From Octopus vulgaris (taxonomy: Eukaryota): a stretch of DNA of 64,000 bases. Within the stretch, counting starts at the first letter, position 1. The number at the start of each line of letters is the position of its first letter. Under the pieces are notes generated by a model. The model was not told the origin of the DNA and made no database searches. It saw only the letters and a program-made list of their open reading frames with translations. This document shows positions 11,637-26,200 of this stretch, piece after piece. Made by a program: the position numbers and the translations under genes. The stretch covers positions 11,532,001 through 11,596,000 of the forward strand of contig OX597818.1 of NCBI GenBank assembly GCA_951406725.2. Direction: 5' to 3'.

Positions 11637-11946
11637 CATAGCTTCCATGGTTACCAAGATAATCTGCTATAATAATAGTCTTGTGTTTATGAATGAGAAA
11701 GGAAGGAGTGATAGATGAATAAGGAAGGAAGGGATGATGTCATATTTTTTCATAGCTCCCATGGTTACCGAGATTATCTACTATAATAATACTCTTGTGT
11801 TTATCAATGAGAAAGGAAGGGGTGATGTCATATTTTTCCATAGCTCCCATGGTTACCAAGATAATCTACTATAATAATACTCTTGTGTTTATGAATGAGA
11901 AAGTAAGGGGCGATAGATGAATAAAGAAGGAAGGGGTGATGTCATA
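11637..11946. repeat. Three-copy tandem repeat (periods 114 and 88 bp)
   Basis: CATAGCTYCCATGGTTACC begins at 11637, 11751 and 11839. Confidence 0.9.
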
Positions 11947-12960
11947 ATTGGTTGTGTACGCTGAAAAAAATAAACAGCATTTCAACTCTGTGTTAATATA
12001 TGTTTGTATGTAAAAGTGGGGTATGTGAATGTGTATGTGTGTGCGTGTGCACACGCAATAGAAATTATTTTTAACGTAAGCATGTCCAAACAAGTTGAAT
12101 GCTTACACAGAGCACGTTTTGCAGCCACATCATCCAAGCCTACTGGATGAAACCGGGCTTAGCTGCTAGTTAATATATATATATATATATAAATTTAAAC
12201 TTAGGGTATCTACGAGATACCGCTATGCTGAAAATAGCAGCCATGATCTGACTCCAAAACTCTAAGTTATAGATACCCAAAGTTATAAATTTAAATAATT
12301 ATTACCTTCGAAGGTTATTATTTCCATGCTGGCCACTTGATAAGATAGTTATGTTATTTTTTAAATTAACGATCTTATCCTCATTTATATAAATATATAT
12401 ATATATTATGAAGTATATTTGCCAACTAAATGTGGCGGTCCCATACAAGACGATGCTACAGTAGCATCAACCTTCATCGTCCTTATGGAACTGCCACATT
12501 TAGTTGTCAAACATACTTCACGATTCCGTGCTGCTACTGTTTACTTTTCGCTCAGAGATTTAATATTGCTATCTATATATTCATTTGACTGCGGCCATGC
12601 TGGAGCACTGCTTTTAGTCGAACAAATCGACCCCAGGACTTATTCTTTGTAAGCCTAGTACTTATTCTATCGCTCTATTTTGACGAACCGCTAGATTACG
12701 GGAATGTAAACACACCAGCATCGGTTGTCAAGCAATGGCGGGGAGGGATCTTTTCTACCGCGGGGAGACAAACACAGACTATATATACATATATATATGA
12801 CGGGCTTCTTTCAGTTTCCGTCTACCAAATCTACTCACAAGGCTTTGATCGGCCTGAGGCTATAATATAAGATACTTGCCCAAGGTGCCACGCAGTGGGA
12901 CTGAACCCGGAACCATGTGGTTGGTAACCAAGCTACTTACCACACAGTCACTCCTGCGCC

Positions 12961-12997
<37 letters not shown>

Positions 12998-13137
12998 ACA
13001 AGGCCGTGGAAATTTCCTCGACTTTGTCACGCCCTCCTTGACGCCCCCTAACACATAGCGCCCCAGGCGACTGCCCGAGTTGCCGGTACCTTGAGCCGGC
13101 CCAGCATATACATTATATATATATGTATGTATATATA

Positions 13138-14055
13138 CAGTGGTGGGCACGATTCCGCTAATCAGCTAGTTAGCGAAGCAAACTTATTCGTTTAGCGGAT
13201 TAGCATTTTCGTTAACTCTGGAATCCATTAGTGGACCAATTTGCCTCCGTCGATTTTAAGCCCGCTAACAAAATTTATACGTTTGTTCATGTCTGTTGTG
13301 GCCGTGTTTCAAAGAGTCCGCCAGCAACACTATTGGCTGACTATGTGTACACGTGACAAGACGTGATTGGTCAATGCAGCAGCAGCTAGCTGAGCAGCGT
13401 TGTGTAATTCTGCAGTTTTGAGTTGTGTTCACTTACGATGTTGTCACATTACAGACAGTCTTACAGTGTCAGACACAGTAGTGTACGTTATCGGCTTATC
13501 AAGATATCGCTTATCGTTATGGATAGTGAAGACATTTTTATTCGGCCTGAAGATGAAAGGCCTGTTGAAGAATCTGCTATGGCTGTGGGTAAGGCAGAGG
13601 TCGCTCAGGTTAAGATCCAGGAGTCTCAAAACCCATAGTTCCACATGGAGGACTACTTTGTCCTTACGTCAAGAGATAAGAGCAACGCCTAAATCCTGTA
13701 CTTCCAGTGCGTCATGTACCAGCCCAAGGAGACCACCATCAAGGGACAAGCGGCGAGCCTAAATAGTTTGAAGTCGCATCTCAAGAGGAAACACCCATCG
13801 CATACTATCCAGTTTGAGAAGATCAAGGCCGGTTCTTCCCGTGAGAAACACAGTCTTCTGGTAGCAGTGCCAGTAGCCACTCCTCGCAGCCATGTACAAA
13901 GAAAGCACTCCAGCCCAGCATTGGCCAGGCGTTTGCCCAAACTGTTGGCTCTGGCGTCCGTCAGTTTATGGTGGACAGAAGGATTGTAGACCTGTTTGTC
14001 GACAACATGCTACCGCTGCATGTAGTGGAGTTCCCCACCTTGGTCGGCCTGACCA
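13138..14055 (+). mobile_element. hAT DNA transposon, 5' remnant with decayed transposase
   Basis: Terminus CAGTGGTGGGCA, GCTAA/TTAGC subterminal repeats, BED-finger remnant (FQCVMY...SLKSHLKRKHP) and hAT motif DNMLPLHVVE, with stops and frameshifts. Confidence 0.75.
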
Positions 14056-14360
14056 AGGTGGGGAACCTGATCACATGCCAAGATGGTTTTTCTTGCGTTG
14101 GAAACAAACTCTATTGCAAACACACGATTGGACAGTTAAAACCGACCATTATCTGCAACTAATTTGGCAAATAACTGGGTCATATGACTTGATACTGAGA
14201 AAAGCCCCGGTGAACCGATATTCTAGTGTTTAAGGTTAAAACAGCCAAATTGACAAGCTGTCTAATATTATAATAAAATGAATGTGATAAACGGTCCTGC
14301 TACAATCTTTTCAAAGAAACGTGAGGTTTAAGAACGGTCAGGAAGACGTGAAGGCTGATA

Positions 14361-14365
<5 letters not shown>

Positions 14366-14442
<77 letters not shown>

Positions 14443-14452
14443 CGTGCGTGCG
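14366..14452. repeat. (TG)n microsatellite, representative of many (TA)n, (CA)n, (GA)n, (TAA)n and (CAT)n tracts
   Basis: Direct reading. Confidence 0.95.
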
Positions 14453-15064
14453 TTTGCGTGGTTAGAAGTAACAGCTAAATTGTCAATAATATACAGAAGG
14501 ATGAGCGTCAAAGATATAACAAGAAGTGTAGCAAACCAGAATTGAAATAGTGAATGCTTTCAAAGCACATTGTGATAGAATGGTCAGGTAGAATATTTTC
14601 AATTGAAAAGATCCTTTGATCGAAGGAACACAAGCAAATAAATTAAGTTTTCATTGAGATGTTGGAAGGATGCTGCTAGATCGACGGTTGGCCGCATCAG
14701 AAGTTGTCTTTCTCGAGAATGAGGCTTATCGTTTCTATCAGTTGAATTAGATACTCATAGTCAAATCGAAGAGTTCTCTGATAATAAAATTTAGCACTGG
14801 TGTTATATTTTACGAAACTCTCTAAGGGTAACAGGAGAAATCGCATGGACTGTCGCCTTGCGCACATAGAAAGACACATCAAAAAAGACATTTTGTTCTT
14901 TTTTGGTACAATGTGGAATTCAGAAGAAAAAGAATGTTATGTTTAATGGTAAGGTCTATGTTACACGTTCATATCTATGTGTATACGTATGTATTTTTTT
15001 TATAGTTTCAGCTCAGGGCTGTGGTCATGCTGCTGCACCGCCGTTTTGCGCTACACTGTTATTA

Positions 15065-15735
15065 CTAGGAGCCTCCTCTAATATGTGGCACTTGATGAAG
15101 AATGGAGTTTGATATAGCTACCCTCGTTTGCACCCCTTGCCGTGAGGTAGGCTCATCTGGGACTCTCGACAGGAAGAGGTCCAGCTTTGATTTAAAAAAA
15201 CCTGCATCTACTTTGTGCAAGTTCCTCAGACTCTTTGGGAGAATATTAAAAAGCTGTGGGCCCTTGAAACCCAGGCTGTTGCAGTAACTGGTCCTGAAGC
15301 GTGATGGCATTGCTGGGATCTTTGGCACTATGCAGTGTCGTCCCGTTCTGGCACTGGTGTAGCTTTCAATACCAAAATTTGGCACAATTCCTTCCAGGAT
15401 CTTCTAGATATATATTACTGCATACCTCGCCCGTCTTCTCTCCAGCGAGTAGAGTCTTAGCTGTTTCAACCTTTCCCAGTAGCTGAGCTGTTGCAAAGAG
15501 ACGATCTTCTTTGTGAATCTTCTCTGGATTGCCTCAATGTCTGCTACTAATTACACACTGGTGGGTGACCATAGCTGTGAGCAGTAATCCAGGCGGCTGA
15601 GGACGAATGTCCACCAGAGGACCATCATGGTTTCCTTATCTCTGGTTCTGAATGTTTTTAGGATCCATCCAGCCAGTCGTCTGCACTTTGTCGCCATCCT
15701 GGTAATGTGCACTTGGAAAGAATACATCCCCACTT
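15065..15735 (-). mobile_element. CR1-clade LINE, 3' ORF2 fragment
   Basis: LSRLDYCSQLWSP, IEAIQRRFTKKI, LYSLERRR, GPQLFNILP...FKSKLDLFL. Confidence 0.88.
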
Positions 15736-16027
15736 TTTACTAATGTCTAGTGCTTAAAAACGATGTCCTTTCCAAAGACACTTTCATACAACCTAGGGCT
15801 TATTGAAAATATCACATTAATATATGTTTAAACCTTAATATCTGGGATCCAAACCTAAGACTGACATTTAAAAAGAAAAAAAAACAAAGAAAAATCTCAG
15901 GGGATATCATCGTTGTATTTGAATTAAAATGGCTCTAAATTATATAAAAAATGGGTACTTTTTGGTTATCCCACCCCCATTAAGGAATTGTGTTATCTCT
16001 CTCCCCACCCCGTTTTACGAGAAATAT

Positions 16028-16329
16028 CGGTACTTTTGGTTATCCCCAACTAAAAAAATTGTTTAACCCTCAATAAAACAAAACACAAAAATGAAAAAAA
16101 ATAATAAACATAAAAAGTGAAAAGATGAAACATCGTTTTGAATCTGATAATATTTTTATAACAAATCATACCATGCCTATTGAAGAGGTCAAACGTCAAC
16201 AATGTGTTGAAGTATTGAATCGAAAGGATCTAACTCTTTTAATCCAATATCTTGACGCCACATTAACCCGATTTTTTAGTGGGGACATAGACAATTTTTT
16301 AATGGGGGTGAGATCACCAAAAAGCACCG
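16028..16329. mobile_element. MITE with long imperfect TIRs (a partial extra TIR copy at about 15954)
   Basis: CGGTACTTTTGGTTATC... pairs with ...GATCACCAAAAAGCACCG. Confidence 0.55.
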
Positions 16330-17180
16330 TGAATTGAACACAACTTTAGAAGCTGCCGCTGTTTTGGTGCAATTATATAAGAGACAATGACCCATTAGCA
16401 TCAACTGTCACTGTAATCTAATTTTCCTGGCTTTAAGAACGTTGGTGAAAGCAATGGAAACGATCGGAATGTCTCTGTACAATGATTTATTTATGTATTT
16501 CTTCGTTCAGCTGAATGAACATACCAAGGGAGACGACTCTTTAAAATAGATATTTACTCGTTATGTCATTTACAAAACATCTCTATTATTGCGAATATTT
16601 TCAATAATACATGTATTTATGTTTAAGCTATAAATTTAAAAGAAAAGTAGTTTATAAAAGTGATTTATTACATTGCCAATATATATAATTTCTTAATTAA
16701 TTAAGATTTAATTAGAATATATACAATGCAAAAATTACATGCTTTAAGTTCTAATTTTGCTTTAACAGATCTTTTTAGAAGTTCCTAAACGGGGAAAATG
16801 TTCTTGTCACCCTAAATCTCAGCACTTATCTCTCGCCGCAGCACTTAAACTGAGAAATGTCTAGTGGTCGCTTAATCTGCTAGAAATAACAGCTAAATTT
16901 CTTTGAATTCACACCGTAGTTTTTGAAATGGAAGAGGATATTGGATATCATCATCCTAGAAATACAAAAAGATGTCATGGCCATGACTAGAAGGTTTTTC
17001 AGCTCGGTGAAAGCTGACCAGGTTTGAGCAACCCCACTCATGATTTTTCTCATGGATATTAATTAGCATTAGTTTCGCCTGCTAGAGTTTAGAGTTACTT
17101 CCCTTCTATCCAGTGGTGACTAAACGATCCAGTTCAACTTCTTGAAGAGAGAAACTTTAGAGAAGTGTTTTGTTGTTTAC

Positions 17181-17276
17181 ATGGATCGTTTCGAGTGGAG
17201 CGACGGCCAGCTGGCTGAAGATGAAGTGTTCGTCTTCCAAAGAAGTGGAGTAGCATTATATGATGGTCAAGAGAAG
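17181..17276 (+). CDS. VPS36: VPS36 exon 1 ([32 protein letters not shown])
   Basis: Matches the VPS36 N-terminus and ends AAG|gcacgt (GC donor, phase 0). Confidence 0.93.
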
Positions 17277-20200
17277 GCACGTCATTTCTATTTTTATTCA
17301 ATATTTATGCCTATGTAATCGCCTTTTCCTCCGCCTTTCTCGTTTCTATAATACGTCTTCCGCAGAAACAAACTCACTTTTAGATACTGTACATGTCAGC
17401 CAAAAGATTAGGCTGAGCTCTTTTATGTTTTTGTACCACAAATAAACATATATTACGTACAGCTTTCACTGCAGATATTTCCTTTGTTGATTTTCAACTA
17501 CAGATCATTAAAAATTCGTCACCTTCCGATAATTTCAAGATGTAAACATTAACCGTTTCGTTTCCTTCAGCTGTGCCAGACAGTATGGATGTTACAAGAT
17601 GTTAAGATTCTGTTGACATATATCGCTGCATACTTCTTCATCCACTTCCTGATACCCACAAAACCACTACACCAGACTAGAGTTATGGAGCTTCAGCCAT
17701 CAATTACTCTTTGTATCTGTCATATGTCATGAGGGAGGTTGTGTGGGTGAATGATGCGGAAGAATTGCCTATATATAAGACTTTCTCGAGCGCCAAACTA
17801 ATACACCTGCTTATTGTTCATACACCTGGCTTTTGTTTTCCTGTAAATTTCAACTATATATATATATATATATACATGTATATGCGTACGCACATTTAGA
17901 AGGTTGATAGTTATGGCCGGTCAGACTGACCATTGCTTTCGTACCTATAAAGCGCTTAGCTGTATAGGCGATTCCTCAGACTCAAATGGAAGCCTCTTAC
18001 TGTGGTCATTTTTGGGAGAACATTTTAGGTAGTAATAATTGACTGATAACTTTATCAATATCCTGAGCGTGTTTCCCACCCACTAGTCTTGGCAACAATA
18101 ACCGTTTGATAGCGTTGTCTGATAATTATATACGGCTTATACTGTTATGCACTTTACGCCAGCTGGGGTCGTCTGGTAGAGACTATTTAGACAATTATTG
18201 TGTTAAGGCTTTAATTGTACGTCTACTAACGACGTAACTTTTGCTAGATATGAATAACTTTTCACGGGAGCTTTTATGTGGTCGTTTGACGTGTTAGAAC
18301 AGTCAAAATTTTAGTCAAATTATATCTTACTATCTTTAGAAAAGATGAGAAATTCAATAATGTTAACCCTAAAAGAATATCGTGAAGGTTGCGACTGAAG
18401 AACTTGACCAGAGATAGGCCGAACTGAATAATAACAACGTGCTTGATTTAGCTACAACCAAGGACATATTGGATTGTTCTCCTAGAGACATGTCTCCGGG
18501 TGGGGTGTGTGTGTGTGGGTGGGTGGGGGGGGGGGGTGGGTGGGGCTGAAGTTTTTTTTACTCAAACGCTGTTCACAAAAACCAAGTTAGTGTTAGTATA
18601 ATTAATGTAGTGAGCATTAAATATTTCATTAGAAATATTTATATAGCGAAGAAAAGAAAACATTAGCTCAATATATATATATATATTGAATACTGTTTTC
18701 TTGTACATTCAAAAACATATGTATGTGTGCATAAACGTATGTATATATGAGAGAAAGAGAGAAACTGAATTCATGTCTAACACAATTCAATATGTGTAAT
18801 AGAATTTACTTCTTTTCGGAGTGTTTTTTTTAATACCAGTAAAATATTACGACTCTTATTAAGATGATAATCGTTATTTACTCCAATACCAAACCTGATT
18901 GAGCAAATCAGGATCAAAGACATTCCTGTTGAACAAACCTATAATCATAACAATCCTTTGTTTTTGTATAGCTATGTTGTGCATTGTTGTGTTTTTTTTT
19001 TAAGACTAGGCTGTGATTTAAGGGAGATTTGTCTGCTCTTTCTAGCAGGTTGAGTGCTGTCATAGAGGATCCTTCATTGGGTGCTTTATGACTAAGTTTC
19101 ATGTTGAAGTTACATTTCTTTATGACAGTATTATTGTCTGTTACAGAAACTCTTTGATATGTTAACATGGCAAAAGAACTCCTTCACAGAGTATATGACA
19201 ATACAGTGTTTGTAATATTCTTTTCTGTTTTATTTTAGACTCCCTTTGAAAGCGGAACTTTGATGTTAACAACTCACAGATTAATTTGGAGAGGTGCTCA
19301 GAACAATGTATGTTTTCCAATGTCTATTTATTTCTTACATGTGCACACACATATATGCATAATCTCCTTTTCCATCTCTCATACTTGCAGACAATGTATT
19401 ATAAAGAACTTGGAAGAGGATGCTCTGAGAGTGTAGTGCTAGAATAAGAATAGGCTGGGCAAAGTTCAAAGAGATTCTACCTTTGTTGGTAAAAAAAAAG
19501 CCTCTCCGTCAGTGAAAGGCAGATTGTACAATCCCTGTGTGCAAGCACCCATGCTACATGGCAGTGAAACGTGGGCTGTGACTGCAGAGGACATAAAAAA
19601 GTTTTGAAAGAAATGAAGCTAGTATGCTCTGCTGGATGTGCAATGTCAGTGTGCACATATGACAGTGTAAATGATTTAAGAGGAAAACTGGGTATAAGAG
19701 GCATCAGATGTGTGCTGGAGAGAAGACTATGCTGGTATGATCATGTAAGGCATGTGGACCAATACAGCTGCACAAAGAAGTGCCAATCTCTGACTGTGGA
19801 GGGAACCTGTGGAAGAGGCAGACTCAGACATGGGACGAGGTGATGAAATATGATCTTCAAATGTTGAGCCTCATGGAGGCAATGACAACTGACCAAAACT
19901 TTTGGTGATTTGCTATGCTTCAGAAGATACATCAAGCTAGGTGAAATCATGGTCATGGCCAGTGCTGGTGACATATGAAAGGCACCCATGCAAGTGACAC
20001 GTAAAAGGCACCCAGTACATCGTGGAGTGATTAGCGTTAGGAAGGGTATCCAGCCATAGAAATCAAACCAAAATAGACTGGAGCCTGGTACAGCTCCAGT
20101 CAAACTGTTTAACACATGCCAGCATGGAAAACAGATGCTTAATGATGATGATGAGGAGGATGAAATGTATTTGCTAAGCTTCTGTTTGCAATGTAACAAA

Positions 20201-23200
20201 AAGTTCTTAAAATTATGAAGGAAAGTTCTAATTTGAGCATAGATTCTTCAAAGTGTTTAAGTTATATTCCTCCTAAACACTGGTTAGTGGAGGTGTGTGA
20301 CTTAGGGGTTAGGGTGTTGGACTCATGATTGGTCAGTGCATTGTGTTCTTGAGAAAAGCACTTCATTTCAGGTTGCTCCAGTTCACTCAGCTGATAAAAA
20401 TGAGTAATCCTATGTTGGATCAGCGTCCCATCCAAGTGGGGAATATATATGTCACAAAACCAGGAAACCTGCCCTTCTGAGTTGGTATGATTTGAGAAGT
20501 TAACTTTACCTTTAAACACTGGTTAAATATATCAATAAGTGAAGAAATTCACCAAATCTTTGAAATTTAGTAAATATTCTGAAGCTTATGAAAATAGTTC
20601 TGATTCACATTCACTTCCATTCCACTTTTCATTTCACTTTGTGTGTTTATGTGGGTGGTCGGGTGTAAGAGATGTTTTTTTTCTTTGTTTTTGACATCTA
20701 GCATGTCTCTGGAGAATGAAATCTCAAATTCCCCAAGGACATGGTTGAGCTGATGTGACTTTCATGACTTTATCAGGAATGAAATTTATGTTGTAAATGT
20801 GACCACCTGATCTAACAATATATCTGGGTCCATATTATCTAGGGTTTCCTTCTATTTTTAAGACAATAGGGTCATCACCATCATCATTATCATTTAACGC
20901 CTATTTTGCATGCTGGCATGGGTTGGATGGTTTGAACAGAGCTGGAAAGTCAAGAAACTGTACCAAAATCCACTGTCTGTTTTGACATGGGTTTTATGGC
21001 TGGATGCCCTTCTTAATGCCAACCACTTTATAGAGTGGATTGGGTGCTTTTTACATAGCACCAGCACTGGCAAGGTCCGTTTTGGCATACTTTTTACAAC
21101 TGAATGCCTTTCCTAGTGCCAATCACTTTACAGTGTGGACTGGATGCTTTATACATAGCACCAGCACTGGTCAGGTCTCCAAGAAACTTGCTAGACAAAG
21201 ATTATTTGAGGTGGTTGGTGGTATTGGAAAAGGTGGCTGTGTACCAGGTGATGAGAGGTTAGAGTGTGACAGGGATAGAAACAGGTGTCTTGCTTTAGAG
21301 GAGATACATGATTACCCCAGTTAGAGAGAGTGCTCAAGAATATGAGAGAAAAGAGAGAAGACAATAAGGTATAATTTTAAGGATTTGGTTATTACTTTCA
21401 GCAGGTTAAGTAACTATGTTGAGACTTTGATTGATTTGCAATTTAGATACCATGTCAACTTCATCTAGAAAGAATGATGGTTATCTATGCGTTTAACTGT
21501 TCATGTTTACTATGGCATGGATTAGACACAATTACTATACACTCTGCTCAGAGAGAAAAAGCCTTTGTATCTACAAAGATAGTAATTCTCTGAACTTTTT
21601 ACACACTGTTCTCACTCTGGTTAGTTTAATTTTATAACATACACCTCCATTTATAATTTGGTCACATATATAAAAATACCTGTCTACTTGTAGGGAGCCA
21701 TCTGAGCATTTGAAAGTATTCATTTCATAGGAGTTCTTACTGCTCACTAAACCTGGGCATCTGCTACATATGCAATTTTTCTTCTCTGCCAGCCTGTCTG
21801 TGCTCCCATTAAATCTTTAGTGCACTCATAATTTACATTAAGCATACACAATCTACTTCTTTGCATATCAAGCATGGCTATCTCTTAGATGGGAGTAGCA
21901 TTCTGTATACTTTCTTGCTAGCCAAAACTCTTCTTCTACCATGTTTGGAACTTTTTCTCAAATTCTTTTACTGATTTGGCTATGAGAACTACATTGGCAC
22001 TATACAGATGTTCTCATAGACAGCTGCTATGATATAGAAAACTATAATAAACAGGAAAAACCTAGTCCTATGATTCAAAAACATCTTCACAAATCTCTTT
22101 GAAGAGTCTGTGCTCAAATTAAGACTTTCCTTCATAATTTTAAGAAATTTTTGTTATGTTGCAAACAGCAGCTTTACAAATACAGTTATATCTTTTATCT
22201 TTTTCAGTCATTAGATTGTGGCCATGTGGAGGGGAGGGGAGCACTGCCTCGAAGAATTCTTAGACAAATGAATTGACCCCAGTACCTATTTCTTAAGCCT
22301 GGTACTTATTCTATTGGTCTCTTTTGCTGAACCATTAAGTTATGAGGATATAAATAGCACTGGTTGCCAAGTGGTGGTGGGGAACAAGCACAGATACAAT
22401 GACAAGTGCACATAGATATGGATATCTATGTGCGATGGACTTTTTTTCAGTTTCCGTTTACCAAATCCACTCACAAGGCTTTGGTTGGCACACAAGTGCA
22501 CACACATAGCTGATGCACACATGCACCCATGAGCACATCCACCCTTGCAAATGTACATATGCACCATCAGCCCTCACCCACATGCCAGCTTATATGTACA
22601 CACATATAGCAGATACATATGCATATGCATCAGACACACATCCAAGCATTCATACAACATTACACACACACACACATATGTGCCGTTGCTGGCTATTGAT
22701 GTCACTTAAGTTCCAAAGTCACATGATGTAAGAAGTTCAGACTGGGATCTCTGTTTTGATGGATTTGGTGTTGCTCAAATTTCAATACTATTTCCAACAA
22801 CATCAACCCTCTTGATCAATAGCAGCTCAGTTTCCTATATCCCTTCATTCAGCTGTCTGAACCTGATGAGATAGGTTCCTGTAATGAGCCTATGAATCTT
22901 TAAGTCACGTGGGCCAAACTATACTATTTCAAATAATAACAATAATAATAATAATCCTTTCTACTATAGGAACAATGCCTGAAATTTGGAGGAGGGAGTA
23001 AGTTGATTACATCAACCCCACTGTGTAATTACTACTTATTTCATTGACCCGAAAAGGATGAAAGGCAAAGTCGACCTCAGTGGAATTTGAACTCAGAACG
23101 GAAAGATCGATAAAATACTGCTAAGCATTTCACCCAATGTTCTAAAGATTCTGCCAGCTTGCCGCCTTATTATTATTATTATTATTGATAATAATAATAA

Positions 23201-23222
23201 TCATAATAATAATAATAATAAT

Positions 23223-23285
<63 letters not shown>

Positions 23286-26200
23286 TATATGAATGAATTT
23301 TTTCAATATTTCAAAAATTTGTTTTTGTCTTTTTTTTTCCTTCCAGAAATATATCTTATCGTTACCCCTTTCTTTATGTGTATACATCGAAGAGCATCCT
23401 TCAAGATTTGCTCGAAGGTAACTCAACTTTTGAAATATTTTACTAAAAATTAGATTTATTTTTTTGTTTGTAAAATCTGTAAATGAGTTTAGAAATAAAG
23501 ATTCCTTGTGTAACTCCAGTTTGGAAATATGCATACCAGAAGAAGTAACACATCTGGTGATAATCAAGACTTAAAGCTATCAAAACATAAGTAAATATTA
23601 AAAAATGCATTTCTAAAATGTGCAGTGAATAATCTGAAAAATTATTGTTGGCATTCACTTGTAGTTAATCTGTAGTGAGCGATTGAGCCTCTTCATTCTG
23701 ATGGGTGCAAAGTGTGCTGGTGTATGAAGTGGCTGTTGAGGCCAAAGACAGTATAGAAGAGCTGGGAGCATTTATCACGGGGGAGGGTTTGCAGAGGACA
23801 GTGTCGTACAAGTCATTCTTTGCTTCTGTTATTTTCCATTTGGTCCATTCCCTCAATGATGACAAGCTGCCACTTTTGGTGGTCCTTGGCGATTGTGTCC
23901 CAGGTATTTGAGTTGTTGGAGCAGTGGAAGGAAATGGGTTTGCACTGATCTTGGAAATGGAATTTGGGTGCTCTGTGTGGTCTGGTGCCTAAGGCCAACT
24001 CCACAAGGAAGAGTTAGCAGGGGAGGCACAATTGAAGTATATGTATAATCAAAGGTAGTTTTAAAAGGCTTTGAATTTGTTGTAAATATGTTGGATAATT
24101 ATTTTACACCTGTCTTATGAAGTTTGATGGAGTGAGGCTGTTTCCTAGAAGTAATCATATTAGTTTCATTAGCAATGGAACTGAAACATTTCTAGTTTGA
24201 TCTAGATATATTTGTATTTTAAGGAATTGATAATCTCATAGAATCTTGTCAAAGGGAATGCTAATCATCTCTCTCAATATGAATCTATTCTGTTACAATA
24301 GATCTGTATTTGTATTTTAATGTTTGTATGAGTAGTATGGTTCAGTAAATATTCATAGCATGTTGAATCAATGTTTTTATTCCTAGATTTCCCTAATCTC
24401 AATTGTGTGAAGTTGGATTAATATATAGAGTGCTGCATATTTTTGATATATTTAGAATGATACATATTTTTGAAATCAGCTAACCGATGCAAGTGTATAG
24501 AATAGCATAAAATATCTTGTAGTGTTTCAACTTAGTTCCAATTTACATGGCACTCATGTTATTGACATGTAAAAGGCACCCGGTACACTCTGTAGAGTGG
24601 TTGGCATTAGGAAGGCCATCCAGCCATAGAAACCAAGCCAAAACAGACTGGAGCCTGGTGCAACTCTCCAGCTTACCAGTTCCAGTAAAACTGTTTAACC
24701 TGTGCCAGTATAGAAAATGGATGCTAAATAATGATGATGTTTTATTGTTTGTTAGCAGGTTTAAATTGTTTTTAATGAAGCTTGAAGACTATTACTTTGT
24801 AGAATGAATTAAAACAGTATATTGTAAAGTTCTCATTAATATATCCTTTTCTGTGAAGCTTATGGATTAGGCATAGCACTTTACTCTCTTTTACTTGTTT
24901 CAGTCATTTGACTGCGGCCATGCTGGAGCACTGCCGTAAGCCTAGTACTTATTATATCAGTCCCTATTGCTGAACTGCTAAGTTATGGGACATAAACACC
25001 AGCATCAGTTGTTATGCGATGTTGAGGGAACAAACACAGACACAAACATATACACACACATACATATATATGACGGGCTTCTTTCTACTAAATCTACTCA
25101 CAAGGCTTTGGTCGGCCTGAGGCTATAATAGAAGACACGTGCCCAAAGTGCCACGCAGTGGGACTGAACCACTTTGTTGATGTTTCTAGCATTTTCTGAT
25201 CTATACCAGTGTATTAAATCAGCTTTAGCTGATCTCTATGTTTCTAGTTTTAGCTCTTTGTATAAATCAGCCAAAGCTAGAAAATTTGATATCTATTTGC
25301 AGATATATACAAAAAGATATATTTAGTATATAGCTGCTCTTGTTTGAAGTATTTATTTTCTGACTTTGTATGAATTCAAATTTAGTGAGAATGCCTTGAA
25401 ACCAACTCAGAGTTTCATCATCATCATCATCATCGTTTAACGTCCGTTCTCCATGCTAGCATGGGTTGGACGGTTCGACCGGGGTTCTGGGAAGCCAGAA
25501 GGCTGCACCAGGCTCCAGTCTAATCTGGCAATGTTTCTACAGCTGGATGCCCTTCCTAACGCCAACCACTCCGTGAGTGTAGTGGGTGCTTTTTACGTGC
25601 CACCTGCACAGGTGCCAGGCGAGGCTGGCAACAGCCACGGTCGGATTGGTGTATTTTATGTGCCACCGGCACGGAAGCCAGTCGAGGCGGTGCTGGCATC
25701 GGCCACGAGTCGGATAGTGCTTTTTACGTACCACCAGACCAGGGATCCTGGCTGGTTCAATTCGATTTCGATTTCCCTAACATGTCTTCACAAGCAAAGG
25801 GGGTTGGCATGGGTGCCTGTCGTACGGTCGCATTGGAGTATTTTACGTTCCACGGCCACGAGTCGGATAGTGCTTTTTACGTACCACCAGACCAGGGATC
25901 CTGGCTGGTTCAATTCGATTTCGATTGCCCCAGCATGTCTTCACAAGTAAGGGGTTGGCATGGGTGCCTGTCGTACGGTCGCATTGGAGTATTTTACGTG
26001 CCACGGCCACGAGTCGGATAGTGCTTTTTACGTACCACCAGGCCAGGGATCCTGGCTGGTTCAATTCGGTTTCGATTTCGATTTCACTTGCCCCAACATG
26101 TCTTCGCAAGCAGGGGGTTGGCATGGGTGTCTGTCGTCGGATGAGGTTCTATATCGACTTCGCTTGCCTCAACAGGTCTTTGTGTCCAAGGGAGGAAAGG

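Noticed and set aside
11637-11946. CRISPR-like array
   Set aside because: Whole units are repeated with no unique spacers, and the context is eukaryotic.
14075-14125. LIM-domain-like peptide DGFSCVGNKLYCKH after the hAT remnant
   Set aside because: Too short, lacks the other zinc ligands, and has no convincing splice sites.
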